From NCBI GenBank assembly GCA_964522205.1, contig CAZFTG010000001.1, forward strand, positions 49,854 to 113,853: a DNA stretch of 64,000 bases, read 5' to 3'. The translations under genes and the position numbers were made by a program. The notes below the pieces were generated by a model, which saw nothing but the letters and a program-made list of their open reading frames with translations, was not told where the DNA came from and made no database searches. Shown here in pieces: positions 9,615 through 19,239 of this stretch. This DNA comes from an uncultured Thermoproteales archaeon (GTDB lineage Archaea > Thermoproteota > Thermoprotei > Thermofilales > B20-G17). The stretch's first letter is position 1. Each line of letters starts with the position of its first letter.

Positions 9615-10619
9615 TCACCTCCTCTCTCTAGAAAGGAGTATGTACGAAAGGAGCACTACTAGAGCTAAATTTAATGTCACAGAGATCAATAATATATCTC
9701 CATTAAAGTCTTCTTTTGTTTCCACAGATCCTCCTTTAAAAGTAGTACTTAACGAGGTAGCTAGTATAATCGCTGAGTATTCAACTCCATTATTCATGAG
9801 ATCGGCTGAAGTAAGGGGAATTATAACATAGGGTATATTGTTTTCTTCAAATAGCTCTATGAGATCCTTATATTTTAGTGCTTCTCTACAATCCATCACA
9901 ACCATTTGTGAACCCCCCTTTTTAATTGAATTGATGAAATTTTCTACATCTTTTACAGAAGGAGATACTCCAAGCTCATAGACAAGTACATCAACAATTT
10001 CTATGCTTAGATCTTCAAGCAGATATTGGAGAAAAGGTGTTATTATATTCACTCGATATTTTCTTTTACCTAAAATATCTTTCGAGAGCTTTTCTATATT
10101 GTCAATCTTGTTCAGATATTCTTCGAGATTCCTATTGTAATAAGACGTATTCTCTGGGTTAATGATAGCTAAAGCCTTAGCTATGCTCTTAGAGATAGCC
10201 CTAATGCCTCTTAATGAAAGGAAATATCCATGAGGGTTAACTTTACCATTTGGTAATCTTAATAGACTAAGTCCTAATTTCGTGTAATTCCTATAATCTA
10301 CAATAACTTTTGAAAGCCCCCTTTCTCTTATGATTTTCTCTATCTTAGCCTCTACCGGTAGGTGAGCCGGACCGGTCAATACTATAATATCAGCCTTCTC
10401 AAGCTTATTTATATCGGCGGGTGTAAGTTCATAATAATGGGGATCAGCTCCTTGTGGAATCAGGCATTCTACTTCTACCATAACTCCTCCTATAGCTTTT
10501 ACAATAGGCACTAGGTAGGAAATTGTGGTTAGTATGTACGTTTTTTGAGGTTTAGCATCTATCTGACAGGTACTTATTAACAATGTGATGATCATGAAAT
10601 ACAATATCAGCTTACGCAT
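9615..10619 (-). CDS. Metal ABC transporter substrate-binding protein (ZnuA/TroA family), C-terminally anchored
   Basis: Signal sequence plus GADPHYYELTPADINKLEKADIIVLTG, characteristic of cluster-9 metal SBPs. There is a C-terminal TM anchor (ILLISVTLNLALVVLLSYILL). Confidence 0.8.
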   Translation of the reverse strand: MRKLILYFMIITLLISTCQIDAKPQKTYILTTISYLVPIVKAIGGVMVEVECLIPQGADPHYYELTPADINKLEKADIIVLTGPAHLPVEAKIEKIIRERGLSKVIVDYRNYTKLGLSLLRLPNGKVNPHGYFLSLRGIRAISKSIAKALAIINPENTSYYNRNLEEYLNKIDNIEKLSKDILGKRKYRVNIITPFLQYLLEDLSIEIVDVLVYELGVSPSVKDVENFINSIKKGGSQMVVMDCREALKYKDLIELFEENNIPYVIIPLTSADLMNNGVEYSAIILATSLSTTFKGGSVETKEDFNGDILLISVTLNLALVVLLSYILLSRERR

Positions 10620-10684
10620 CCGTATCCTGTAGTGATCATAAATAACACTAAATAAGTTTTATGGTATAAAACATTTAGTCCTTT

Positions 10685-11233
10685 TTATGTAGGCCTGTAT
10701 ACCTCGCTTGAGGTAGTAGTATACATATCTCCTCCTAAATGATAGAGTAATTTTACTTTATCGATACGATATATACCATTTACAAATACATCACTTCTAA
10801 CCCTAGCAGCAACTACATGTCCTATGAAGAGTTCGTGATCTCCAGCTTTTATCTCATTAAAGAGTTTACACTCCAGTATGGCTACCGCGTCTTCAATACC
10901 AGGAGTGGTTATCTTAGCGCTCTTCAGTAGACGAAGCCCCGTCTTCTTTATCTTATCTACTCTAGTCCCGCTAACAGTTCCACATATGTGCGCCTCTATC
11001 ATCTTATCGAGGGGCATTACATTAATTGTGAACTCCTTTTCTCTCTTAATCAGTTTATGTGTATACCTCTTTGGAGAGATACTAACAACAACGAGTGGAG
11101 GATCTACTGAGACAGGCATACACCATGCAGCTGTCATAGCATTAACTTTTTCACCATCTTTAGCCACCACAAGTACTACCAATTTTGGGTGAAGTAGTCT
11201 AGTTATCCTTCCCAAGTGGACGTTACGGAACAT
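10685..11233 (-). CDS. Flavin reductase-like FMN-binding (split-barrel) domain protein
   Basis: 182 aa. PKLVVLVVAKDGEKVNAMTAAWCMPVSVDPPLVVVSISPKRYTHKLI matches the flavin-reductase-like domain pattern. Confidence 0.65.
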   Translation of the reverse strand: MFRNVHLGRITRLLHPKLVVLVVAKDGEKVNAMTAAWCMPVSVDPPLVVVSISPKRYTHKLIKREKEFTINVMPLDKMIEAHICGTVSGTRVDKIKKTGLRLLKSAKITTPGIEDAVAILECKLFNEIKAGDHELFIGHVVAARVRSDVFVNGIYRIDKVKLLYHLGGDMYTTTSSEVYRPT

Positions 11234-11335
11234 ATATATCGTAAGTTAGCTTCACTTAAATACCCATCATCACACGAAAAAACGTAGGATTAAAAGAGTA
11301 TTAAAGCTTATATTTTAGACCTGAAGAGCTTTTAC

Positions 11336-12616
11336 ATGGGCTCTAAAACTGTGCCTATGATATCATGGGAGTTCATATGGACTATTATATATTTAACAAT
11401 AGCTGGAGTTATTCTCTCTATAATATATGCTATAATAGAATGGTTCTCTAGAGATAGGGTTATTAAAATGATCTCAGGAGAGAGAGCATTTGTATTCATA
11501 GGCTCTGAAGCCTACTATGGGAAGATCCATGTACCTCCGAGAAGTGGTGGAGGTTTTGAAATTCTATTCCCACCAGAAGGGATACTAAATCCCAAGACCC
11601 TACTAGCCTTTCTACTAGAGAACTACAAAGAGACCGGGGATAAGAAGTTCCTAGAGGAGGCTGAGGCACTTATAGAAGACCTGAAAAAGAAGGGAATAAT
11701 ATCGAAGGAAATCACACTAGAACAAATATCTATAGACCCTTGGGCACCCCCTTCTCTAGTCTCTAGAAAGATCACTACAGATGAGATTAAAAATATTCAT
11801 ATGATATGCATTTTCAAACATTTACTAACAGAGGAGGAAAGGAAAAAGAGATGGGAAGAGTTAAGGAAACTATATCATCCACTCTTCTTTAATAAAATTA
11901 AAAGAAAGATATACAATAGCCTAGCCTATGTAAAGGATAAAATAGCTAGTACGGCTACAAAGACTACATACACATTTATGACACCCTTACCCATGGAATT
12001 GAAAAAGGGAGTAGAAGATCTTGAGAAGAAGACTATTGGCGCTATAGGTTCCATATATGATGCACTATTAGAGAACAGTATAGGCAGACTTATCACTATA
12101 CAGGTACAAGATGTAGATGGTGAAACTAAACTTTATCAAGGAGTACTCCGTGAATACTCTAATAACTACATTTCAGTCTACGATATTGACTATAGAGTAC
12201 AGATGGTAGCTAAATATAGTGGAGAGAATATACTAAAGGGATACCCTAAGCCTATATTCAAGCTCTATGGAAAGATGTTCAGAGAACCTCAACACTTAGC
12301 TATAGAGAGCCTTAATTTTGATAATGAGAATAAAACTATTTCCTTTAAACTAAGAAATATTAGAGATGAGCTTATAAAAGTTGAAAAAATACAGCTAGCC
12401 TCAAATAGTGTAACAGTGAACAGAGTACTTAAACCTCATGAAGTTATAGATGTGGAAATGAATTCTGAATCCCCAACACCATTGATCGAAATCTTTTATG
12501 AGATATGCAGAGAAGCTGATGTAATATGGCCACGAGCTAAGGTTAAAGTAGTAGGACTAGGAGATTATCCATCAACATTGCTTAGAAGTATACTATCTCG
12601 AAAAGTCTTCAGATGA
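11336..12616 (+). CDS. Hypothetical membrane-anchored protein
   Basis: 426-aa ORF with an N-terminal TM helix (FIWTIIYLTIAGVILSIIYAII). I recognise no family motif. Coding is supported by length and the absence of a competing ORF. Confidence 0.55.
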   Translation: MGSKTVPMISWEFIWTIIYLTIAGVILSIIYAIIEWFSRDRVIKMISGERAFVFIGSEAYYGKIHVPPRSGGGFEILFPPEGILNPKTLLAFLLENYKETGDKKFLEEAEALIEDLKKKGIISKEITLEQISIDPWAPPSLVSRKITTDEIKNIHMICIFKHLLTEEERKKRWEELRKLYHPLFFNKIKRKIYNSLAYVKDKIASTATKTTYTFMTPLPMELKKGVEDLEKKTIGAIGSIYDALLENSIGRLITIQVQDVDGETKLYQGVLREYSNNYISVYDIDYRVQMVAKYSGENILKGYPKPIFKLYGKMFREPQHLAIESLNFDNENKTISFKLRNIRDELIKVEKIQLASNSVTVNRVLKPHEVIDVEMNSESPTPLIEIFYEICREADVIWPRAKVKVVGLGDYPSTLLRSILSRKVFR

Positions 12617-12662
12617 GGTCACTTAATCATCCCTCATCCGAAACACTCCCTCATCATCATAC
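12607..12662 (-). ncRNA. Candidate C/D-box sRNA
   Basis: Minus strand: AUGAUGA (C, 12657-12651) GGGAGUGUUU CGGA (D'-like) UGAGGG AUGAUUA (C'-like) AGUGACCUCAU CUGA (D, 12612-12609). The box order and ~11-nt guides fit archaeal sRNAs, but D' and C' are each one mismatch from consensus. It overlaps the stop codon of the convergent ORF 11336..12616. Confidence 0.4.
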
Positions 12663-12863
12663 TTTACTAAAACATCAACTTCTTAAAGCTAACTCCTATG
12701 GAGTTAATCCCAGGTGTACTTTACCCTAGTATCGCTCACTTCATACCCTAAAAATTTAAAAAGCTCTACCACACCCTTATCAATGGACTGGCAGTAATGT
12801 TATAACAAGGGTGCAAAAGATGGAGAGTGATAATATCCCTATTGGGTTGGTGGACAAACAGAT

Positions 12864-12942
12864 GCGGCGGTCGTCTAGCCTGGACTAGGACACCTGCCTG
12901 CCGAGCAGGTAATCCCGGGTTCAAATCCCGGCCGCCGCACCA
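12864..12942 (+). tRNA. tRNA-Gly (GCC), encoded CCA
   Basis: GCGGCGG TC GTCTAGCCTGGACTAGGAC A CCTGC CTGCCGA GCAGG TAATC CCGGG TTCAAAT CCCGG CCGCCGC A CCA. Confidence 0.93.
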
Positions 12943-13051
12943 TGTTGAACATCTATACTTATTATGGTGAAGTAACTATAGCCTTGAAAATAAAGAGAGA
13001 AGAACAATACTTGTTTAATCGCTAAATTCTGCAATTAATTAGTGTTTAAAT

Positions 13052-13140
13052 TGGCGCCGGGGGTGGGATTTGAACCCACGCGGGGGATTACCCCAGTGGG
13101 TTAGCAACCCACCGCCCTGACCAGACTAGGCGACCCCGGC
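13052..13140 (-). tRNA. tRNA-Ser (GCU), encoded CCA
   Basis: Reverse complement: GCCGGGG TC GCCTAGTCTGGTCAGGGC G GTGGG TTGCTAA CCCAC TGGGGTAATCCCCCGC GTGGG TTCAAAT CCCAC CCCCGGC G CCA. Long variable arm. Confidence 0.92.
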
Positions 13141-13407
13141 CTTTGCCTTAATTACCTCAGTTGTACTCTTAGATCTAGTTCTGGTATTTTTTACCGATTG
13201 TTTGTTTTAAACCTTACTCTCTTCCCTGCTAAGACTTCCGTGTCTAGGTACCTTAGCCTTTCCTATTAAAGAGGTTATAGAATTGAAGGCTGATGAGCTC
13301 TCTAACTTCATACGCTTGTAGTATTGTAGAGATCATTTAATTAATTGTGTGAAGACTGTAGCACTACACTGATTAATATGTGACACTAATTATAGAACAG
13401 GTGTAAG

Positions 13408-13797
13408 ATGACTCTAAAGGTGATGATAAGGTCAAGTAAGTATAGGCAAAAGTTTCAAGAACAAATGCTTAGTAACATACTTTCTATTATTATAAATGAA
13501 AGTATAAGACATGGTTTCAGACCCGTAGACAAGCTTACACTGGTTATAGTAGATGATTTGGATGAACATGAGGCCTTACTCTCATCTAAAGTACATCCCT
13601 TCGAAGGGGTAGTAGTAGACCCTACTTTAAGAGTGATAATAGTTGCCTTTTCTGAAATATTTCCCGTACTTGTTGAGAGACTACTGAGGGGAATCATAAC
13701 CTTAATTATTTTTAATGACCTGAGAGAGTATGATAATGACGTGATAAATGAGCTTGTCAGAAAAATGTACTTTAGAGTTGTTGTAAAATGCCTTTAA
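13408..13797 (+). CDS. Hypothetical protein
   Basis: 129-aa ORF whose 3' end overlaps the start of the THUMP methyltransferase gene by 10 nt, an operon-like arrangement. No recognisable motif. Confidence 0.4.
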   Translation: MTLKVMIRSSKYRQKFQEQMLSNILSIIINESIRHGFRPVDKLTLVIVDDLDEHEALLSSKVHPFEGVVVDPTLRVIIVAFSEIFPVLVERLLRGIITLIIFNDLREYDNDVINELVRKMYFRVVVKCL

Positions 13798-14852
13798 GTA
13801 GTCAATTGTATTTCCTATTAACGACAATCTCAGGATTAGAGGATATATTAATAGAGGAAATTGAAGAGGCTCTAAGAAAACACATTAGAGTAATAGAGAA
13901 GAGGAGAGGATGGATTATAGTGAATGTCGAAAACGAGGACCCCTATGACCTTGTCGAATATTTTACATGCTCGTTGAGGAGTATAGAGCGTATCTACGTC
14001 ATCCTCCTCAGAACAAATCTTGAAATGAACAGTATAAAAACCGCTATCGAGCATACCCCTATACACTCTCTGTTTACTCCATATACCAAGTTCTCAATAG
14101 AACTCGATAAGGAGAAAAATGTACAAGTAAGTTCATATCAACTAGTTAGATTATTAGGCGATCTCATATGTCGTACTGTAGAATCTAAAAAAGGTTACAG
14201 ACCTATAGTATCGTTAGATGATCCTGATGTTGAACTGTACTGTAAGGCATTTGATGATGAAATCTTACTTGCCCTTGATGTGACAGGACCTAAGGCACTA
14301 CATTTTAGAGATTGGCGAGTATATCTTCATCCCTCAACATTAAATGCTATAATAGCCTATTCTATGGCTCGAATTTCGAATGTTGAATCTGCTAATAGGG
14401 TTCTAGATCCTATGTGTGGATCCGGTACTATACTTATAGAGACAGGACTGGCTTACGAGAGGCCTATGCTATACGGAATGGATATAAATGCTAGACATAT
14501 AGAAGGGGCTCTTAGCAATATTAGAAAGGCAGGACTCGAAAGGAGGAGCTTTCTTAAAGTTGGAAATGCTCTATCCATTAAGGATTACTTCGACCTTTCC
14601 TTCGATAGGATAATGACTAATCCACCCTATGGTATTAGAGAGACCTACTACTGCTCCTCTCTGTATGAACTATACGAAGGCTTCATGAGATCAGCTCTCG
14701 AAGTACTGACAGGAGATGGTCTAATTACCATATTAACTCCGCGTAGGAGAGTTATGAAGAAGGTAATAAGGAAGTTTAAGCTAAAAATAGTTAGAAGAAA
14801 GGATATAGAACACGGTGGTATAAGGACGACATTATTTGTTCTAACAGGATAG
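13788..14852 (+). CDS. THUMP-domain RNA (tRNA guanine-N2) methyltransferase, Trm14/TrmN-like
   Basis: An N-terminal THUMP-like region is followed by a class-I SAM methyltransferase with DPMCGSGTILIE (SAM motif I) and MTNPPYG (the NPPY catalytic motif of N-methyltransferases). Confidence 0.75.
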   Translation: MPLSSQLYFLLTTISGLEDILIEEIEEALRKHIRVIEKRRGWIIVNVENEDPYDLVEYFTCSLRSIERIYVILLRTNLEMNSIKTAIEHTPIHSLFTPYTKFSIELDKEKNVQVSSYQLVRLLGDLICRTVESKKGYRPIVSLDDPDVELYCKAFDDEILLALDVTGPKALHFRDWRVYLHPSTLNAIIAYSMARISNVESANRVLDPMCGSGTILIETGLAYERPMLYGMDINARHIEGALSNIRKAGLERRSFLKVGNALSIKDYFDLSFDRIMTNPPYGIRETYYCSSLYELYEGFMRSALEVLTGDGLITILTPRRRVMKKVIRKFKLKIVRRKDIEHGGIRTTLFVLTG

Positions 14853-14861
14853 TATTTTTAC

Positions 14862-15578
14862 CTATTCGCTTAAGTCTACTCTTAACTCTATATCTTCTTT
14901 AGTACTCAGTACTTTGTTTACCTGATGCTCACTGCCTTTAAACACATTTACAGCTATATCTTTTATGAAGGAGTCAGATGGAGCACACTTCACAGCATTG
15001 AAGCGCATGCATAGTGAGTGCTTTAGTGCTTCTTTTTCTAATCTATCCTTTACCTTACCCTCTACTATGTTCTTGGCTAGCACTAGTGCTATGTAAAATC
15101 TCTTGAACATCTTGAACTTATATTCCAGTTTAGGAAGTTTTCTCTCAAACACATCAAGTATTTTTCTAAGGGTGTCTTCACTCTCCCAACCAAAGAGCAC
15201 TTTTGTCAGACATAATCTGAGGACCCTAAATACTATATCTTCACTGACTTTTCCGAAGTGCTTCTTTAGGACACGAGAGACGTCTTCACCTGAGAGTATT
15301 TCATCTATTGCACTCTCTATTTTCATCTCTTTCTTAAAGACGTCTGAATGTAGCTCACTGTTAAATATCCCTAGACCGTACTTACCTACTAAGTATAAGG
15401 TAATCATCTCTTTATCATATATTTTTATCTTAGTCTTCCCCCTAATGGGTTCTACTCCTCGCTTCTCGTAAACCGATTGTAGAAGCTTTACTACTGCTGT
15501 TCTACTAGTGCTATGCTTTTGCAAAATACTGCTCCAAATATCAATACACGCTTCTACTCTGTCTTTAAGTACCCTCAA
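14862..15578 (-). CDS. Hypothetical protein
   Basis: 238-aa ORF, soluble, with no motif I can assign. The antisense ORFs are shorter and low-complexity. Confidence 0.5.
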   Translation of the reverse strand: MRVLKDRVEACIDIWSSILQKHSTSRTAVVKLLQSVYEKRGVEPIRGKTKIKIYDKEMITLYLVGKYGLGIFNSELHSDVFKKEMKIESAIDEILSGEDVSRVLKKHFGKVSEDIVFRVLRLCLTKVLFGWESEDTLRKILDVFERKLPKLEYKFKMFKRFYIALVLAKNIVEGKVKDRLEKEALKHSLCMRFNAVKCAPSDSFIKDIAVNVFKGSEHQVNKVLSTKEDIELRVDLSE

Positions 15579-15593
15579 GGTTTCCTCATCCTA

Positions 15594-16103
15594 CTACTCT
15601 ACGATTATTCTACATGGTATAGGGATTTTAGATGCCGCTCTTCTCATAGCTTCTTTCGCTATGTTTATATTATCCTTGCTAACCCTTACGTACATAATGA
15701 GTTGATTTGCTCTGACGCGTGCAGCTCTACCTATCGGTGTTCCAAATGCTAATCTCATACCATCCTGAAGTCTATCTGCTCCTGCCATTGCCATCATCTT
15801 ATTCTCTCTTAGTATATGATGAGGGTATGTTAATATCTTGAAGTGATAATTTTCAGTACCTAGTTTCTTAGCTAGATATCTATTAGCTATCCTTCTAGCA
15901 GCTTCTATAGCATTAGCCCTTATCTGTCCTAGTTCTAGTGTTACTAATTTTACTACATTACTGAAGTCTCCTTTAGGGTTACCTAGATCGAACTTAGGTA
16001 TCTGTACTTGAGGTATACTCCTTACATACTCTTTTCTAGTATATGGTGGTGTATCAGGGTATCTATAGCATCGTCCTGGACGGAGAGGAGCCATACTCTT
16101 CAC
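15594..16103 (-). CDS. rpl10e: 50S ribosomal protein L10e (uL16)
   Basis: The N-terminus PLRPGRCYRYPDTPPYTRKEYVRSIPQVQIPKFDLGN and the rest align by eye with archaeal/eukaryotic L10e. Confidence 0.92.
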   Translation of the reverse strand: MKSMAPLRPGRCYRYPDTPPYTRKEYVRSIPQVQIPKFDLGNPKGDFSNVVKLVTLELGQIRANAIEAARRIANRYLAKKLGTENYHFKILTYPHHILRENKMMAMAGADRLQDGMRLAFGTPIGRAARVRANQLIMYVRVSKDNINIAKEAMRRAASKIPIPCRIIVE

Positions 16104-16233
16104 CCATATTAACTAATCTGTCTGATACTCTCCCATTAATTAATGTTTCCCTCTATTCCTAATTAGCTATCTAAGTCCTTTCGCTCTACTCATAGTAGTA
16201 CACCTGGTCTAATAGGCTCTTTTAGGCTAAAGA

Positions 16234-16968
16234 TCAGGAGGATTCTCTCTTCGTACGTAAGTAAATCCTTCGGAAAAAGCTCATAAGTATGTGTAGTTCT
16301 CCTCTGGTTACCATGTTTTTTCCAATAATTCTTCTAAAGACAAGTAGAACTTTCTTTTTCTTATGTTCCGGATAATCTATGTAATTGAGTAATTTTAGTA
16401 TATATTCTAGAAAAGCTTCTCTCTCATATTTTGAAGGTAGATCTACAGAGAAGGCTCTCTTTCCATGGAGAATTTCCTGAAGATAAATCTCGTATAATAT
16501 TACTGCTACTGCATGAGACAAATTGAGAACGGGATATTTGGGATTTGCGGGTACGGTTACCAATACATCGCATATAGAGAGCAGTTCATTTGTAAGTCCT
16601 ATATCCTCTCTTCCAAATAGTATAGCTATGTTTCCATGACATTGGGTTATAAGCTTAGCGAATTCTCTAGGCGTAAGGGGGGTTCTCAGGATATTTCGTC
16701 TACTACCAACTATCCCTGTAGTACCGACTACAAGATCGACATCCTGTAGTACCGTCTCTAGGGTTTCATGAATTTCTAGTCTCTCAATGATATCTATGGC
16801 ATGTTTAGCGAAAATTTTACACGTATTGCTGAGCTTGAACTTAGGAGCTACTAGGTGGAGGTTTGTAAAGCCGAAGTTCTTCATAACCCTAGCGATATAT
16901 CCTACATTCAGCTCATAGAGGGGTTCTACTAGTACTACTCTGTATCTTTTAAGCTTCTCTTTCACCAT
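16234..16968 (-). CDS. SpoU/TrmH-family RNA 2'-O-methyltransferase (TrmJ-like)
   Basis: RYRVVLVEPLYELNVGYIARVMKNFGFTNLHLVAP ... ILFGREDIGLTNE ... LNLSHAVAVILYE are the three SPOUT-class motifs. Confidence 0.75.
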   Translation of the reverse strand: MVKEKLKRYRVVLVEPLYELNVGYIARVMKNFGFTNLHLVAPKFKLSNTCKIFAKHAIDIIERLEIHETLETVLQDVDLVVGTTGIVGSRRNILRTPLTPREFAKLITQCHGNIAILFGREDIGLTNELLSICDVLVTVPANPKYPVLNLSHAVAVILYEIYLQEILHGKRAFSVDLPSKYEREAFLEYILKLLNYIDYPEHKKKKVLLVFRRIIGKNMVTRGELHILMSFFRRIYLRTKRESS

Positions 16969-17444
16969 TCTTTTTCATTGCCTCGTCTAAATCTCTTATA
17001 TTTTTCAATTTTTCGAAGATTATTCTTCAGTAAATCTCTTAAATCTTCGTATTCCTTGAGTATAAGTCTCATACTCTTTTTAGTCTTATCATCTATCGAT
17101 GACATGTTATCCTTTATGAAATTTATAGTAGGAGATAATTGTTTATTTATCAGTTCTCTTATGAAGTTTTCGAATACCTCGGTTATAGAGCCTGTAGCTG
17201 AGTACAGTTTTTTCCTTCCACTTTTCCTCACCATCATAACTAGGCCCAGGCTCTCTAGTAGTGCAAGACTAGTACTTATCAAACCAGTACTGTAACCTGT
17301 TAGTTTAGCTATCTCTTGTTGAGACAAGGGACTTCCTGCTAGAAGTAAAGTAGCCAAAATCTTGCCTACGGCATCTTTTAAACCCCATTTAGAGATGAGC
17401 CTCGATAATCTTATTACTAACTCTAGCTCTGTCTTATTTAGCAT
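16962..17444 (-). CDS. wHTH transcriptional regulator (GbsR/MarR-like)
   Basis: GKILATLLLAGSPLSQQEIAKLTGYSTGLISTSLALLESLGLVMMVRKSGRKKLY is a winged-helix DNA-binding domain. Overlaps the downstream SpoU gene by 7 nt. Confidence 0.65.
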   Translation of the reverse strand: MLNKTELELVIRLSRLISKWGLKDAVGKILATLLLAGSPLSQQEIAKLTGYSTGLISTSLALLESLGLVMMVRKSGRKKLYSATGSITEVFENFIRELINKQLSPTINFIKDNMSSIDDKTKKSMRLILKEYEDLRDLLKNNLRKIEKYKRFRRGNEKEW

Positions 17445-17453
17445 TATATCTAC

Positions 17454-19037
17454 CTATTTACCTATAGTCTTTAATGTTATTTTATGTATATCTCTTTTTA
17501 TAGAGTACTTAAGGTTATCCTCTATGTAACGTTCTACCTTTGAATCCACAATCTGTAGTACTCTAACGAGTAACTCTAGCAGTATCCTTGTACTAAAAGT
17601 ATTTCTTCTAGCATAACCCTTTACAAGATCGGGGAGCCATTTCATATCATGCCTCCATATGGCTCTATATAATTCCCAGTGATACCATTTAGCATCTTCT
17701 ATGATCCTCATAGATCTTCCTCCAGTAAAATCTACATACAATAATGGAACCATAAGACTTCTATAAGGTTTTAGGTTCTCTACTAGTTCAACTGTTTTCA
17801 CAATATCATCTTCTTCCTCTCCTGGTAGGTTAATTATGAGAGTTGCTGCTGGAACCAGTCCTAGATCGTGGCAGATAGCAAAGGCCTCTTCAACAACTTC
17901 TGGCCACTCTTTAGGCTTAAATGGATAGGGCTTTTTATCCATATGCATCTCCATAAGTCTAGGACTCCCTGTCTCTATACCCGTCTGAAAGCCCATCCAG
18001 TTGTCCTTATCTACGCCTAAGATTTCAGTCACATTCTTAACAAGATCGGGATAGGCAGCAATATTTGAAAGGGTCATGTGAGCAAAACTAGCTATCCTCG
18101 CCCCTGGAACATTTAATACAGCCTTAATGAGGTTGATAACTTTTTCAGGTCTAACTTCAAGAGGTCTAGCACCGTACTTAAGTACATCTTCCGCTCCCAG
18201 GCAGATGCTCTTCTGCCCATTTCTCACATTAACTTCTACATCTCTTACTATGTGTTCAATAGGTCTATGTCTTAGCGGCACCATAGTGGGTCTACAGAAC
18301 CTACATCCTCGACCACAGCCTCTCGATATCTCTACATAACCCCCTATAGTAGCTCCTCTTAGAGTGGGAATTTCTTCTGCTTTGGGATACCTAAGTATAG
18401 GTACATTAATTATAACTGGAGTCTTAATGTCATTCTTGAGTATTCTAGTGAATAGTTCAGGTGCGAATTTATCACACTCTCCACAAACTGTTATATCTAC
18501 TCCAAGTCTTAACATGTCTCCTATTTTCAACTGCCATGTTCCAGGTCCACCCACTACTACATATGCCCCTCTCTTTCTAGCTCCCTGTACTGCTCTGCTT
18601 AAAACTAGCTTTCTAAAAAAGTACGCGGTTATGGGTTCACTATGGATTACCCCAGTGGGTCCAGAGAAAGTGGTGGATGCCGGTCCTAGTCCCAATGGAT
18701 CTATCGTATAAACACCGATAATTCTAGTTCTCCTCCCTACCACTCTATCTAAGCTTTGAGAAGGGGCTACAATAATATCATCTTCATCTACTATTCCACT
18801 CTCTAATAATGCCGCTTCTACCCTTCTAAGCCCATGTGGTGCTAATATGGCCTCCCCTCTACTTCCTATGGGAACAGGCTTCAAGATGGACTTTTCAAGT
18901 ATTGGTAAGGGTATGAAGCCCTTGGTAGGTCCTGTACTCATAAATCCATAGAATAAGCCTCCCCCGTAAGTACTCATCACAGTTCTATCTCCAGTAAGTA
19001 CTATTCTATAACCTGACATCAGACAACCCTTTAGCAT
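17454..19037 (-). CDS. Radical SAM protein with N-terminal B12-binding-like domain
   Basis: The CxxxCxxC cluster motif sits in YVEISRGCGRGCRFCRP. About 230 aa of Rossmann-like sequence precede it (IVLTGDRTVMSTYGG...). The likely start is the internal MSGYRIV. Confidence 0.7.
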   Translation of the reverse strand: MLKGCLMSGYRIVLTGDRTVMSTYGGGLFYGFMSTGPTKGFIPLPILEKSILKPVPIGSRGEAILAPHGLRRVEAALLESGIVDEDDIIVAPSQSLDRVVGRRTRIIGVYTIDPLGLGPASTTFSGPTGVIHSEPITAYFFRKLVLSRAVQGARKRGAYVVVGGPGTWQLKIGDMLRLGVDITVCGECDKFAPELFTRILKNDIKTPVIINVPILRYPKAEEIPTLRGATIGGYVEISRGCGRGCRFCRPTMVPLRHRPIEHIVRDVEVNVRNGQKSICLGAEDVLKYGARPLEVRPEKVINLIKAVLNVPGARIASFAHMTLSNIAAYPDLVKNVTEILGVDKDNWMGFQTGIETGSPRLMEMHMDKKPYPFKPKEWPEVVEEAFAICHDLGLVPAATLIINLPGEEEDDIVKTVELVENLKPYRSLMVPLLYVDFTGGRSMRIIEDAKWYHWELYRAIWRHDMKWLPDLVKGYARRNTFSTRILLELLVRVLQIVDSKVERYIEDNLKYSIKRDIHKITLKTIGK

Positions 19038-19140
19038 CTTCTAAAAATTTAGAATTTATAAATCTTACCCCGTACGGTACATTAGAAAGAGTTGTAGGTG
19101 CGGTCTACTAAAGACTTAAAAGCACACCTCTATAAATCTC

Positions 19141-19208
19141 TATGATGATGAGTTTGCCGAGTGCTTAGCCGCCATAGAGGCTATGAAGAGTGGTAGACCT
19201 CTCTGAGT
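19141..19208 (+). ncRNA. Candidate C/D-box sRNA
   Basis: AUGAUGA (C, 19145-19151) GUUUGCCGAGUG (12 nt) CUUA (D'-like) GCCGCCAUAGAGGCU AUGAAGA (C', 19183-19189) GUGGUAGACCUCU CUGA (D, 19203-19206). It lies in the intergenic gap between the radical-SAM and MTAP genes. The D' guide is complementary to CACUCGGCAAAC, which as I recall resembles the conserved LSU rRNA stretch AACUCGGCAAA. Confidence 0.5.
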
Positions 19209-19239
19209 GGTCTAGTATTAAAAAAGTACTACTGGGCAC

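Noticed and set aside
13290-13372. C/D-box-like arrangement (CUGAUGA ... GUGAAGA-13nt-CUGA)
   Set aside because: The C box has a non-purine first base, no acceptable D' box is present (CAUA), and the D'-C' spacer would be ~34 nt. The unit totals 83 nt, which is too far from archaeal sRNA geometry to call.
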